A stretch of DNA of 64,000 nt. Origin: an uncultured Gemmatimonadaceae bacterium. GTDB taxonomy: Bacteria > Gemmatimonadota > Gemmatimonadetes > Gemmatimonadales > Gemmatimonadaceae. The stretch covers positions 2,518,085-2,582,084 of the forward strand of contig CAVUDW010000003.1 in assembly GCA_963740355.1 (NCBI GenBank). The letters are read 5' to 3'. Position 1 is the first letter of the stretch. The number at the start of each line of letters is the position of its first letter. The notes under the pieces were generated by a model that was not told where the DNA came from, made no database searches, and saw only the letters and a program-made list of their open reading frames with translations. This document shows, one piece after another, positions 42,608 through 52,818 of this stretch. The position numbers were made by a program, and so were the translations under genes.

Positions 42608-43546
42608 TCAACGCCCCTGACGCAGAATCTCGGACAGCTCCTGCAACCGCTCCTGCTCGCGAGCGGTCAGACTCGCCCGCCCGCCACCGTTCGACATCTT
42701 GTCGAGCAGCTCGTTGAGCTCCTCGGACGCACTCTGCGCCGGCGCCACGGTCGCCGCAGCCGCTGGACGCTGCGGTGCGACAGCAGGCGGACGGCGCTGC
42801 ACGAGGGCGTTGCTGCGGGCGACGACGTCGTCAGCGGAATCGACCGCTTCACCCGTGCGCGGCGGACGCATCGCGGAACGCGGCACGGAACGGGGCATGT
42901 CCTCTTCGGGCAGCTCTGGCGTGGGATTGAAGCGATCCTGCCAAGTGCCAAGCTTCCGAGCCGACGGCAACCGCACCAGCAGCCAGCCCGTGAACAGGCC
43001 GCCGAGGTGTGCGAAGTGTGCCACGCCACCCTGTGCGCCCGTCACACCGAAGAACAGGCTCACCAGCGCGAACGCGAATACATACCACCGCACCTGCATC
43101 GGAATGACGCCGAAGATCAACAGCATCGTCCTCGGCCAGGCATGCGCGAAGGCGTACATCACACCGATCACTGCGGCGCTGGCGCCGATCATCGAGCCGT
43201 CGCGCACGAACATCCAGTGCACCAGCGCGCCGCCGAGTGCACACATGGCGTAGAAGCGCACGAAGCGGGAGGTGCCGTAGAGACGTTCGACACGCGGTCC
43301 GAACTGCCACAGCGCAACCATGTTGAACAGGATGTGCCAGATGTCACCATGCACGAAGGCATAGGTGATCGGCGTCCACCAGCGCTGAATGACGTTCGCA
43401 CTGTTGAACGCGAACATCGCCGACATGTCTTCCGGCCGCACGACAGTCTGCTGCAGGAAATAGATCGCAACATTCGCCACCAGCAGCCACTGCACTGCGG
43501 GCGTCAAGCCGATCGGACCTTCTTCAGTATCGATGGGACTCGACAT
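42608..43546 (-). CDS. Rhomboid intramembrane serine protease
   Basis: HILFNM, GASA and AHFAHLGG. Confidence 0.9.
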   Translation of the reverse strand: MSSPIDTEEGPIGLTPAVQWLLVANVAIYFLQQTVVRPEDMSAMFAFNSANVIQRWWTPITYAFVHGDIWHILFNMVALWQFGPRVERLYGTSRFVRFYAMCALGGALVHWMFVRDGSMIGASAAVIGVMYAFAHAWPRTMLLIFGVIPMQVRWYVFAFALVSLFFGVTGAQGGVAHFAHLGGLFTGWLLVRLPSARKLGTWQDRFNPTPELPEEDMPRSVPRSAMRPPRTGEAVDSADDVVARSNALVQRRPPAVAPQRPAAAATVAPAQSASEELNELLDKMSNGGGRASLTAREQERLQELSEILRQGR

Positions 43547-43786
43547 GCGCGACCGCGGCAATAGGGCGTGAACTTCGGCGTTACGACCATTCAACACACT
43601 GCGTCCAAGGCGGTTCCGAAAAACCCCCACGCCGCGCGATCTCAGTCACGGCAATTCGTGTTCCCGAGACTGACGACCGGAGCCCTGCAGCCGTGACTCC
43701 CCTTGAAGCTCGGCCGCTCAGCCTTCCGCGGCAAGTCCGCTCTTCCCCGCGATCCTCCGCGTCCACCGCCGGCTCCGTGCCTTTGC

Positions 43787-44139
43787 GCCGCGACGCTGCG
43801 CTTTCGCCTGGCGGTCCACACCTCCTCACGCGGAGGCGCGGAGGACCGCGGAGCCGCGGAGCTTTCGCTCGCGGCAGCCAGCTCATGCTTGGGCTTGGAG
43901 GTTGAACTGCAGGGGAACTGCGCTCGCGGTCGCCACCCTCGGCTCCACGTAGCATCTAGCAGTCACAGCAACGTTGCCATGCGGACCAACACCCCAAAAA
44001 GCAGTTGCCGTTGCCGTTTGCCCTTCGCCCGGTGTTGACCCCTCCGCCGCCAAAGGCGTCGGGGCCTTCCTCCGCGCCTCCGCGTCCCCCGCGGCTCCGC
44101 GGGTTTGACCGTGTGGACCACCGCCGCCATAGGCGTCCA
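43787..44139. repeat. Modular palindromic repeat copy C (inverted relative to D and E)
   Basis: Close reverse complement of 57371-57720 over ~350 bp. Confidence 0.9.
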
Positions 44140-44162
44140 GCCGAAGAAGCGATGCGAAAGAG

Positions 44163-45161
44163 CTATCGCAGCGCGTCATGCACGAGCCGATCACAGAACT
44201 CGACGAACGACACCCCAGCCGCCGCCGCCGACTGCGGTACCAGGCTCAAGGCTGTCATTCCAGGCAGCGTATTCGCCTCGAGACAAGCAAAGGTCCCTTC
44301 AGGCGTCAGCCGGAAGTCAATTCGCGCGCACCCTCGCAGCTTCAACGCGACGTACGCCTTCTCCGCATACCGCTGCACCTGCGCCGTCATTTCAGGCGAC
44401 AGGTCCGCCGGGAACACCTCGCTCGCCATGCCAGGCGTGTACTTGCACTCGTAGTCGTAGATCTCCTTCACCGGGATGATCTCGCCGACGGGCAGTGCGA
44501 CACCAGCCAGCACCGGCACCGTCAGCTCACGACCGGGCACGAAGGTCTCGCACAACACCTCGCGATCGAAGCGATGCGCCTCGGCCACGGCCGGCTCGAA
44601 CTGGTCCCGCTGCTTCACGATCGTCAGCCCAACCGTCGATCCCTCGCGGTTCGGCTTCACGATCAACGGCAGCCCCAACGCACCGATCGCCACTTCGGCC
44701 ATCACCGGCGTCATGCGCCAGGACGCCGTCGGCACGCCAGCGTGCACCAGGATCCGCTTCGTCATGTCCTTGTCCATCGCGATCGCCGTCGCCATCGCCC
44801 CACTGCCGGTGTACCGCACGCCGGCCACATCGAGAAGCGCCTGCACGGTTCCGTCTTCGCCCTGACCGCCGTGCAGGGCGAGCACGACGCAGTCGGCATC
44901 CTTCACCAACGGATGCGTCGGCAACGTGGGCGTCTGGTCGTTCAGCTTCAGCGCGGCCAGTTCGCCGACCGACGGCGGTGCGGTGCCGACGGCGCGTTCG
45001 CGCCACAGCGATTCCACCGCGGCGTCGATCGGGCCGGTAGCCGGGTCCAGCAGGCGCACCGTGTGACCCGCGTCGCGCAGGGCGGCCGCCATGCGCAGGC
45101 CGCTGGCGAGGGAGACATTCCGTTCACTCGACGTCCCGCCGAGCAGTACTGTGAGCAGCAT
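44163..45161 (-). CDS. ddl: D-alanine--D-alanine ligase
   Basis: GGTSSERNVS, LHGGQGEDG, MDK, YDYECKY and EANTLPGMT. Confidence 0.95.
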   Translation of the reverse strand: MLLTVLLGGTSSERNVSLASGLRMAAALRDAGHTVRLLDPATGPIDAAVESLWRERAVGTAPPSVGELAALKLNDQTPTLPTHPLVKDADCVVLALHGGQGEDGTVQALLDVAGVRYTGSGAMATAIAMDKDMTKRILVHAGVPTASWRMTPVMAEVAIGALGLPLIVKPNREGSTVGLTIVKQRDQFEPAVAEAHRFDREVLCETFVPGRELTVPVLAGVALPVGEIIPVKEIYDYECKYTPGMASEVFPADLSPEMTAQVQRYAEKAYVALKLRGCARIDFRLTPEGTFACLEANTLPGMTALSLVPQSAAAAGVSFVEFCDRLVHDALR

Positions 45162-45165
45162 CAGG

Positions 45166-46605
45166 TCAGCGTGACATGAGATAGGTGAGGACGTCGGAGC
45201 GGGTCACGATGCCCGCGATGTTGTCATGCTCGCGCACCAGCACCGCCGGGTTGGCCTTCGACAGCAGCGTCACCACGGCGTCCACCACCTGCGACGCGTC
45301 GACGATCGGGTACGGCGAATCCATCACTTCGCTCACCGTCGCGTCGAGCAGCTTCGGGTTCTCCAGGCTGCGACCTGTCAGGGACCACTCGCTGATGCTG
45401 CCAACACAGCTTTGGCCATCCATCACTGGCAGCTGCGAGATGTCGTGCATCGTCATCAGACGCAACGCCTGCCGCACACTCTGACCCGGCGCGGCGCTGA
45501 TCAGCGTCGGTGCACCGACATCCTTGTGCGAGATCAGCGCGCCGAGCGTGGCCCGATCGGAATCCAGCAGCTGGTTCTCGCGCATCCACTCGTCGTTGAA
45601 CTGCTTCGACAGGTAGCGCTCACCGGTGTCGCAGAGGAAGGTGACGACCAGTGCGTTCGGATCATCGAGGCGACGCGCGAGGTTGAGCGCCGCATGTGCG
45701 ATCAGTCCCGCCGAGCCTCCGACGAAGACCCCTTCTTCGCGCGTGAGGCGGCGTGACATCGCGAAGGCTTCGCGGTCACCCACCGTCACGAAGTCATCGA
45801 TCACCGACATGTCGAGTGTGCCCGGCACCTTGTCCTGTCCGATGCCCTCGACCTTGTACGGCGCGCCCTGCACGATGCTCTGCCCATGGCTGCGCCAGTA
45901 TTCCGCGAGGATCGACCCGTTCGGATCGGCGCCGATGATCTTGATGTTCGGGTTCTTCTCCTTCAGGAATCGACCCACACCGCTGATGGTCCCGCCCGTG
46001 CCAGCCGAGGCGACGAAGTGGGTGATGCGACCCTCGGTCTGCTCCCAGAGTTCAGGGCCTGTCGTCTTGTAGTGCGCGTCGGGGTTCGACTGGTTGTAGA
46101 ACTGGTTCGCCAGCACCGCATTCGGCGTTTCGTGCGCGATCCGCTTCGCCATCATCACGTAATTATCCGGATGATCGTGCGCGACGGCCGTCGGCGTGAT
46201 GATCACCTCGGCGCCGAACGCCTTCAGCAGCCGCACCTTCTCCTGGCTCATCTTGTCGGGCATCGTGAAGATGCAGCGATAGCCCTTGTGAGCCGCTGCA
46301 ATCGCGAGGCCGATGCCGGTGTTGCCGCTGGTGCCTTCGACGATCACGCCGCCTGGCTTCAGCTGCCCGCTGGCTTCGGCCGCTTCGATGATCGGCAGGC
46401 CGATGCGATCCTTGACGCTGCCGCCCGGATTGAAATAGTCGGCCTTGCCATAGAGCGGCGTGCGCACGCCTCGGCCGACACGTGAGAGCCGGATGAGCGG
46501 CGTCCAGCCGATGATGTCGAGCACGGAGTCGTACGGCCGGCGGTGGCGTTCGACATGCGCTGACGGGACGGGGGCCAGCGGTTCATTTGTCACAGGTGCA
46601 GTCAT
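45166..46605 (-). CDS. cbs: Cystathionine beta-synthase with CBS domains
   Basis: NPGGSVKDR, TSGNTG, GTGGT and a C-terminal CBS pair. Confidence 0.9.
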   Translation of the reverse strand: MTAPVTNEPLAPVPSAHVERHRRPYDSVLDIIGWTPLIRLSRVGRGVRTPLYGKADYFNPGGSVKDRIGLPIIEAAEASGQLKPGGVIVEGTSGNTGIGLAIAAAHKGYRCIFTMPDKMSQEKVRLLKAFGAEVIITPTAVAHDHPDNYVMMAKRIAHETPNAVLANQFYNQSNPDAHYKTTGPELWEQTEGRITHFVASAGTGGTISGVGRFLKEKNPNIKIIGADPNGSILAEYWRSHGQSIVQGAPYKVEGIGQDKVPGTLDMSVIDDFVTVGDREAFAMSRRLTREEGVFVGGSAGLIAHAALNLARRLDDPNALVVTFLCDTGERYLSKQFNDEWMRENQLLDSDRATLGALISHKDVGAPTLISAAPGQSVRQALRLMTMHDISQLPVMDGQSCVGSISEWSLTGRSLENPKLLDATVSEVMDSPYPIVDASQVVDAVVTLLSKANPAVLVREHDNIAGIVTRSDVLTYLMSR

Positions 46606-46816
46606 ATCAGCCTCGCGACATCGGTGCCGGCGTCAGCACGCGTGCGCAGTGGGGAAACGGGGAAAAACGAGTGTAGGTCCGCGCGATGCGCTGCGCTACG
46701 GCAGGACGACGGTGCGACTAGCGTATTACGACGGTACGACTGCCGCGGGACGACGATACAGCGATCGAGGAGCACGCCGGTGCCGCGACCTGATGACGAC
46801 GGGTGGTGACCTCGGG

Positions 46817-48133
46817 TTATCTGGCGCTGATGATCGTACCGCGGGCGGTGCCGAATCCGATACGACGCACACCCGGTGCCTCGCACCATCCAGCCAGCTC
46901 GACCGTGTCGCCATCCTCGAGGAAGGCGCGCGTCTCGCCACCCGGCAACGTCAGCGGTTCGGCCCCGCGCCAGGTGAGCTCCAGCAGGCAGCCACGCTCG
47001 CTCTTGGTCGGTCCACTGACCGTGCCACTGGCGAGCAGGTCGCCCGGGCGAAGGTTGCACCCGCCCATCGCGTGGTGGGTGATCATCTGCCCCAGCGTCC
47101 AGTACATGTGGGTGAAGCTGGTGCGACTCACGGCCACTGCCGGCTCGCCACGCGCGCGCATGGCGGAGGTCTGCAGGCGCACCTCGAGCGTGATCGCGAC
47201 ACCACCGGCGGCCTCGTTCTCTGGCGTGCTGAGGTATGGCAGCGGCGCGGGATCGCCGTCAGGCCGAGTGAAGGCCGGCGCACGAAACGGCGCCAGCGCA
47301 TCCATCGTCACGACCCACGGGCTGAGCGTGGTGGCGAAGTTCTTGGCCAGGAACGGTCCGAGGGGCTGGTACTCCCAGCTCTGCACATCGCGCGCGCTCC
47401 AGTCGTTCACGAGGCAGAGGCCGAACATGTGCTGCTCCGCGTCACTAAGCGGAATGCTGTCGCCGAGCGCATTTCCCTGCCCGACGAACACCCCGACCTC
47501 GCACTCGTAATCCATCGAGCGCGACGGCCCGACGCTGGGTTCGGCGTCGTTCGGTCCCTTCCGCTGTCCGACGGGCCGCCTGACCTCGCTCCCCGACGAC
47601 ACCATCGAACTGGCGCGCCCGTGATAACCGATGGGCACGTATTTGTAGTTCGGCAGCAGCGCGTTGTCGGGCCGGAACATGCTGCCGACGTTCGTCGCGT
47701 GATAAATCGAGGCGTAGAAATCGGTGTAGTCGCCGACCTGCGCCGGAAGCAGCAGCTCGACGTCGTCCATCGCAATCAGCGCCGCGTGCAGCTCCTGCTT
47801 CGCCACGCTATTCGAGGCATCGAGCGCATTCGCAATCGTCGCGCGCAACACCGTCACTGGGCGTCGGCCGAGTGCCATCAATGCATTCAACGAATCGCTG
47901 CGGCACGCCTCGATCGCGGCTTCGCTGCCGATGAACTCATTCGGCGCACGCTCGGCGGCATCGACGACATCCAGCACCATCGTCCCGATCGCAACTCCCA
48001 CGCGCGGGCGTTCTGTTGCGCCCTTCTTCCGGAAGACTCCGAAGGGGAGGTTCTGGATGGGAAAGTCGCTGTTCGCGTCGTTCGCGCTATCGATCCAGCT
48101 GCGTCGTGTCGGGTCGTGCGTATCGTCAGTCAT
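46817..48133 (-). CDS. fahA: Fumarylacetoacetase
   Basis: FPIQNLPFG, GDYTDFY, YHGRASS, NDWSARD and WEYQPLGPF. Confidence 0.93.
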   Translation of the reverse strand: MTDDTHDPTRRSWIDSANDANSDFPIQNLPFGVFRKKGATERPRVGVAIGTMVLDVVDAAERAPNEFIGSEAAIEACRSDSLNALMALGRRPVTVLRATIANALDASNSVAKQELHAALIAMDDVELLLPAQVGDYTDFYASIYHATNVGSMFRPDNALLPNYKYVPIGYHGRASSMVSSGSEVRRPVGQRKGPNDAEPSVGPSRSMDYECEVGVFVGQGNALGDSIPLSDAEQHMFGLCLVNDWSARDVQSWEYQPLGPFLAKNFATTLSPWVVTMDALAPFRAPAFTRPDGDPAPLPYLSTPENEAAGGVAITLEVRLQTSAMRARGEPAVAVSRTSFTHMYWTLGQMITHHAMGGCNLRPGDLLASGTVSGPTKSERGCLLELTWRGAEPLTLPGGETRAFLEDGDTVELAGWCEAPGVRRIGFGTARGTIISAR

Positions 48134-48163
48134 GCTCTGTTTGGATCTTCTGGATCGTGGTAT

Positions 48164-48604
48164 CGGACGCCTATGGCGGCGGTGGTCCACACGGTCAAAC
48201 CCGCGGAGCCGCGGTGGACGCGGAGGCGCGGAGAACTGCTTCGGACGCCTTTGGCGGCGGAGGGGTCAACAGCGAGCGAAGGGCAGGTGCAACCACAACT
48301 GCTTTTTGGGGTGTCGGCCCGCACGGCACCGTTGATGTGCGCGCTAGACGCCATCGCCAGCCAGAGGTGGCTACCGCGAACGCAGTTCCCCTGCAGTTCA
48401 ACCTCCGAGCCCAAGCACGAGCTGGCTGCCGCGAGCGCAGATCCCCTGCAGTTCAACCTCCGAGCCCAAGCACGAGCTGGCTGCCGCGAGCGCAGTTCCC
48501 CTGCAGTTCAACCTCCGAGCCCAAGCACGAGCTGGCTGCCGCGAGCGAAACCTCCGCGGCTCCGCGGTCCTCCGCGCCTCCGCGTGAGGAAGTGTGGACC
48601 GCCG
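48164..48604. repeat. Modular palindromic repeat copy D with an internal 3 x 55 bp tandem expansion
   Basis: Collinear with copy E. The 55-bp units start at 48381, 48436 and 48491. Confidence 0.9.
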
Positions 48605-48640
48605 GCGGCACAGCCGCGCGAGAGTTCAACGACTCGGATC

Positions 48641-49561
48641 TCAAGGACTGTGCCCCCACGAAACGGAGGTCAGCTCATCGACAGGTTCTCGAAACGAGCA
48701 AGACCCGAATGCCACGACACCGCTCGCTCGCACCGATTCGAGCACCGATGATGTCAGCACGGTCTCCCCAATCTCGAATGCGCCGTCATGGACCAACACT
48801 CGCGTGGCGTCCGTCAGCGTGAGGATGTCAGACGCGACGGCATCGGTTGCACCGACACGAATGGCAGCTGCACAGAGAAAGACGTTGAGGAAGCCGTACA
48901 TCGTGCCATGCACCGCATCCCGCGCGTACGCCAGTCGATAGTCGCCGCGCAGCGGGTGATGCAGGCCGGCGGTGGCTTTGGTCGTGACGCCGAGTTCGTG
49001 GGCGCGGCGGAGGAAGCGCACGATGTCGGACGGCGACGGGAAGGCGTCAGCAGTGACGCCGCCGGTGCGGATCTTGGCGCGCACTCGAGCCACTTTCACC
49101 GCCTGCAGCAGCTCGCGCGGATCCTCGCGGTGCGGGAGTTCGCAGTAAAGCATCACGTCGTCCGGCATCGCCGCCGCTGTGGCCAGTACGGAATCCGGCG
49201 TGCCTGTGCGCCCCTCGGCCACGTCGATGGTGACACCGAACGGCGCACGGGCGTTGAAGCCGGTGATCAGTGCCGCTTCGGTCGCGAATTCGCCGGACAA
49301 CAGTGCGCTGATTCTGGCGCCCTGCCAAGCGGCGCTGCTCTCTGGTGTCAGCGACGAGAGCGCCGATTCCCAGTCGTCGAGACGCGACACCGGTACCACG
49401 AAGCGGCCCAGCATCCATGCGTCGGCACTGCGGCGGTAGTCAGCGTAATTCTGCACCGCAGTGCGCATGTCCAGCGACGCCGGCGGGAAGAGACCGGCGT
49501 AGTCGACGATTCCTGCGACCAGCGTGCGCAGCGCGGACGGCGCTGCGGTCACTCCGGACAT
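48641..49561 (-). CDS. Conserved hypothetical protein upstream of fahA
   Basis: DYAGLFPPA, KIRTGG, KATAGLHH, GFLN and FGSCSF.EP. Confidence 0.75.
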   Translation of the reverse strand: MSGVTAAPSALRTLVAGIVDYAGLFPPASLDMRTAVQNYADYRRSADAWMLGRFVVPVSRLDDWESALSSLTPESSAAWQGARISALLSGEFATEAALITGFNARAPFGVTIDVAEGRTGTPDSVLATAAAMPDDVMLYCELPHREDPRELLQAVKVARVRAKIRTGGVTADAFPSPSDIVRFLRRAHELGVTTKATAGLHHPLRGDYRLAYARDAVHGTMYGFLNVFLCAAAIRVGATDAVASDILTLTDATRVLVHDGAFEIGETVLTSSVLESVRASGVVAFGSCSFREPVDELTSVSWGHSP

Positions 49562-50043
49562 TACAGCGCTTCGGGGCGAACCTGTGCGTATGCCGCAGCG
49601 GCCTGACGGAGCGCGAGCAATGCCGATGCCTCGAGCTCGAAGTCGACGGCCAACTCACCAAAGCGACCAGCGTCCGGCTTCTCCATGTCCTTCGACGCCG
49701 CATCGGTGCCGCTGTGCCGGCGCGCAAACTCTCTCGCGGCCATCCAGATCGCGTTCGCCTTGCGCCACCAGGCTTCGTCGTTGCCATCGACCTTGAGCGA
49801 TGACGACGACTTCTCGTAGCTCTCGAGCATCGTGGCCAGCGCCTCGATCGAATAGCGGGCGGCGGTCTGCGCGAGGCGCTTTTCCGTCTGGCCGCAGCTC
49901 AGTGCGCCAAGGTGCGCGCAACGATCCTGCTGGCGAATGCATTCCTGCGCCGTGCGGAAGAGACCATCGGCCTTGGCGCGCAGCAGATCGACCGTGGTGA
50001 CGTTCGGGTCGATGGCCGGCGTTTCAATCGTGGGACGCAACAT
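49561..50043 (-). CDS. Hypothetical helical protein
   Basis: ORF whose stop overlaps the next start (TAATG). Confidence 0.65.
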   Translation of the reverse strand: MLRPTIETPAIDPNVTTVDLLRAKADGLFRTAQECIRQQDRCAHLGALSCGQTEKRLAQTAARYSIEALATMLESYEKSSSSLKVDGNDEAWWRKANAIWMAAREFARRHSGTDAASKDMEKPDAGRFGELAVDFELEASALLALRQAAAAYAQVRPEAL

Positions 50044-50189
50044 GGGCGGGCTGGGTGAGTCGGAGTTGGCTGCGCGTGAGTCCTCATCCGCGCGAACCGG
50101 AAATGTATGCAACTGTCGAGAACAACCGCAGCGGTGGAACATCATCCAAGGTCGGCCGGCTACGGTCGATCTGCACCACCGTCGAGTAT

Positions 50190-52818
50190 TCAGCCCTGGC
50201 GCGCCTGCTCCGCGAGGTCCGCCAAGCGTGCGATCGCCTCGATCGGCGTGAGCGCGTTCACGTCCAGCGCGCGCAACTGCGCCACCAACGGATGAGCCTC
50301 GACCGATGCCGGCAGGAAAAGCTCCGTCTGCTCGGAATCACGTCTCTTTCCCGGACTGGTGCGACGTGCGGGCTGGTCGGCCTCGAGTGTCGCCAGCACT
50401 TCCTTCGCACGCTTCAGCACCGACGCCGGCAACCCCGCCAGTCGGCCAACCTCGATGCCGTAACTGCGGCTCGCGCCACCCGGCTTGAGGCGATGCAGGA
50501 ACAACACGTCATCGCCAACCTCGCGCACATCGACAGTCCAGTTGCGCGCCGCCGTCAGTGAGTCGGCCAGCTGCGTCAACTCGTGATAGTGCGTCGCGAA
50601 GACCGCCTTGCAGCCGGTGCGGTCATGGAGATGCTCCGTCACGCTCCAGGCGATGCTGACGCCGTCGAAGGTGCTGGTGCCGCGCCCGATTTCGTCCAGC
50701 AGCACGAGGCTGCGCGCGGTGGCGGTGTGGAGGATGGCGCTCGTCTCGCTCATCTCCACCATGAAGGTCGATTGCCCGCGCGCGAGGTTGTCGCTGGCAC
50801 CGACACGGGTGAAGATGCGATCGACGATGCCCTGCGTGACCGATTTTGCCGGCACGAAGCTTCCGACCTGCGCCAGCAACGCGATCAACCCGATCTGGCG
50901 CAGGGTGGTGCTCTTGCCGGCCATGTTCGGGCCCGTCAGCACGATCAGTCGTGCATCCTCGATCAACGTCACGTCGTTGGGGATGAACTGATCGCGCGGC
51001 ATCATCCGTTCGACGACCGGATGCCGCCCTCCGTCCACCACCATGTCGAAGCCGTCGGTCATCTGCGGCCGCACATACCCTTCGCGCGCCGCCACGTCGG
51101 CAAAAGCGGCCAGCACATCCAGTTCTGCGATGCGTCGCGCGACCTGCTGCAAGCGGCCCACATTCGTCGCCACCGACATCCGCAGTGCCTCGAACCGCTC
51201 CCGCTCGCGTGAGTCGATGCGATCGGCCGCCGTCAGCACCTTCTCCTCGAACTCCTTCAGCGCCGGCGTGATGTAGCGCTCACCACCGGTCAGCGTCTGG
51301 CGACGCTGGTAGTCATCCGGCACCGCCTGGCGATTGGCATTGCTGATCTCGATGTAGTAGCCGAAGACGCGATTGTAGCCGACCTTGAGCGACGCGATGC
51401 CGGTGCGCGCACGTTCCTCTGCCTGCAGCGACGCGATGTTGTCGCGACCACCGTCTCGCAGTTCGCGCAACTCGTCGAGTTCGACATCGACGCCCGAGGC
51501 GATGGTCGGTTCGTCGCCCATCTGCAGCGGCGGACGTTCGACCAACTCGTCGCGGATCTGCGCCGCGATGTCGGCGGCATCGTCCCATCCGTCGAGCACT
51601 GCCGTGACACGCCCCGCATCAGCGCCGGGCAACACCCCGTCGCGCAGCAGTCCTTCCAGCGCCGAGCGCACCGAAGGCAAGCGCCACAACGAGTCGCCGA
51701 GCGCGCGCAGCTCGCGTGGCGTGGCACGCGAAGCGGCCACCTTGCCCGCCAGTCGCTCCACATCGCGCACGCCGTCCAGCGCATCGCGCAGTGTCGCACG
51801 ACCGACACCATCGCCCACGAACAGCGACACTGCATCATGTCGCGCCTCGATCGCGGCGCGCGAGGTGAGCGGTGCCAGCAACCACTGGCGCAGCAGGCGT
51901 GCACCCATCGGCGTCTGCGTCGCATCCAGCACTTCCAGCACCGTGCCTTCCGTGCCACCGCCGCGCAGGCTTTCCACCAGCTCGAGGTTGCGGCGCGTCA
52001 TTTCGTCGAGCGGCATCACACCATCGGCCGCGTCCATCACTGGGCGCATCAGGTGTGGCAATCCAGCCGGCTGCAACTCGCGCAGGTAACGCAGCAGCGC
52101 ACCCGCCGCGGCCAGCGCCGGCGTCGACGCCGCGCCGAGCGCGAACCCTTCCAGCGAGTGCACCCCGAAGCGCTGCGTCAGGTCGTCGACCGCCCAGCCG
52201 GCGTCGAAGGTCCACCCCTCGCGACGGGTGAGCATCACACCATCTACCACCGGTGGCGACGTGTCGGTGTCGGTGATCAGCAGTTCACGCGGCGACAATC
52301 GTCCCAGCAACGCCGGTAACTCCAACGGCGTACGAACCGCGAGTCGGAATTCACCGGTCGAAAGGTCGATCGCAGCCACGCCGAACATCCACGCCTGTTG
52401 CCCCACTTCCGTCGCCGGTCGACACGACGGCGCAGAGGAAGTTGTTGCGCGCACCATCCAGCAGATCATCGGCGAACACCGCGCCCGGCGTGATCGTCTC
52501 CACCACTTCGCGCTTGACGATTCCCTTGGCCAGCTTCGGATCTTCCACCTGTTCGCAGATCGCGACACGGAAGCCCTGCTGCACGAGGCGACGCACGTAT
52601 TCCGCCACCGAACGCACCGGCACACCGGCCAGCGGTACGGCGTTGGCGCCACCGTTGTTGCGCGCCGTGAGGGTGAGGCCGAGTGCGCGTGCGCCGACCT
52701 GGGCATCCTCGTAGAACATCTCGTAGAAGTCGCCCATCCGGAACAGCAGCAACGCGTCCTGGTGGCGTGCCTTGATGTCCCGGTACTGCTGCATCAGGGG
52801 TGTTGCGGCACCACTCAC
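50190..52818 (-). CDS. mutS: DNA mismatch repair protein MutS (one frameshift near 52400)
   Basis: TPLMQQY, FRMGDFYE, TGPNMAGKS, DEIGRGT and ATHYHEL. Confidence 0.95.

Noticed and set aside
48381..48545. CRISPR array
   Set aside because: The units are contiguous 55-mers with no unique spacers, and there are no cas genes in the window.
46460..48751. 763-aa plus-strand ORF and similar long antisense ORFs
   Set aside because: Shadow frames of fahA and other GC-rich genes, with no recognisable motifs.
52340..52450. mutS pseudogene (mutator) or programmed frameshift
   Set aside because: A single indel in an assembly with many indels is more simply a sequencing error; it needs read support.
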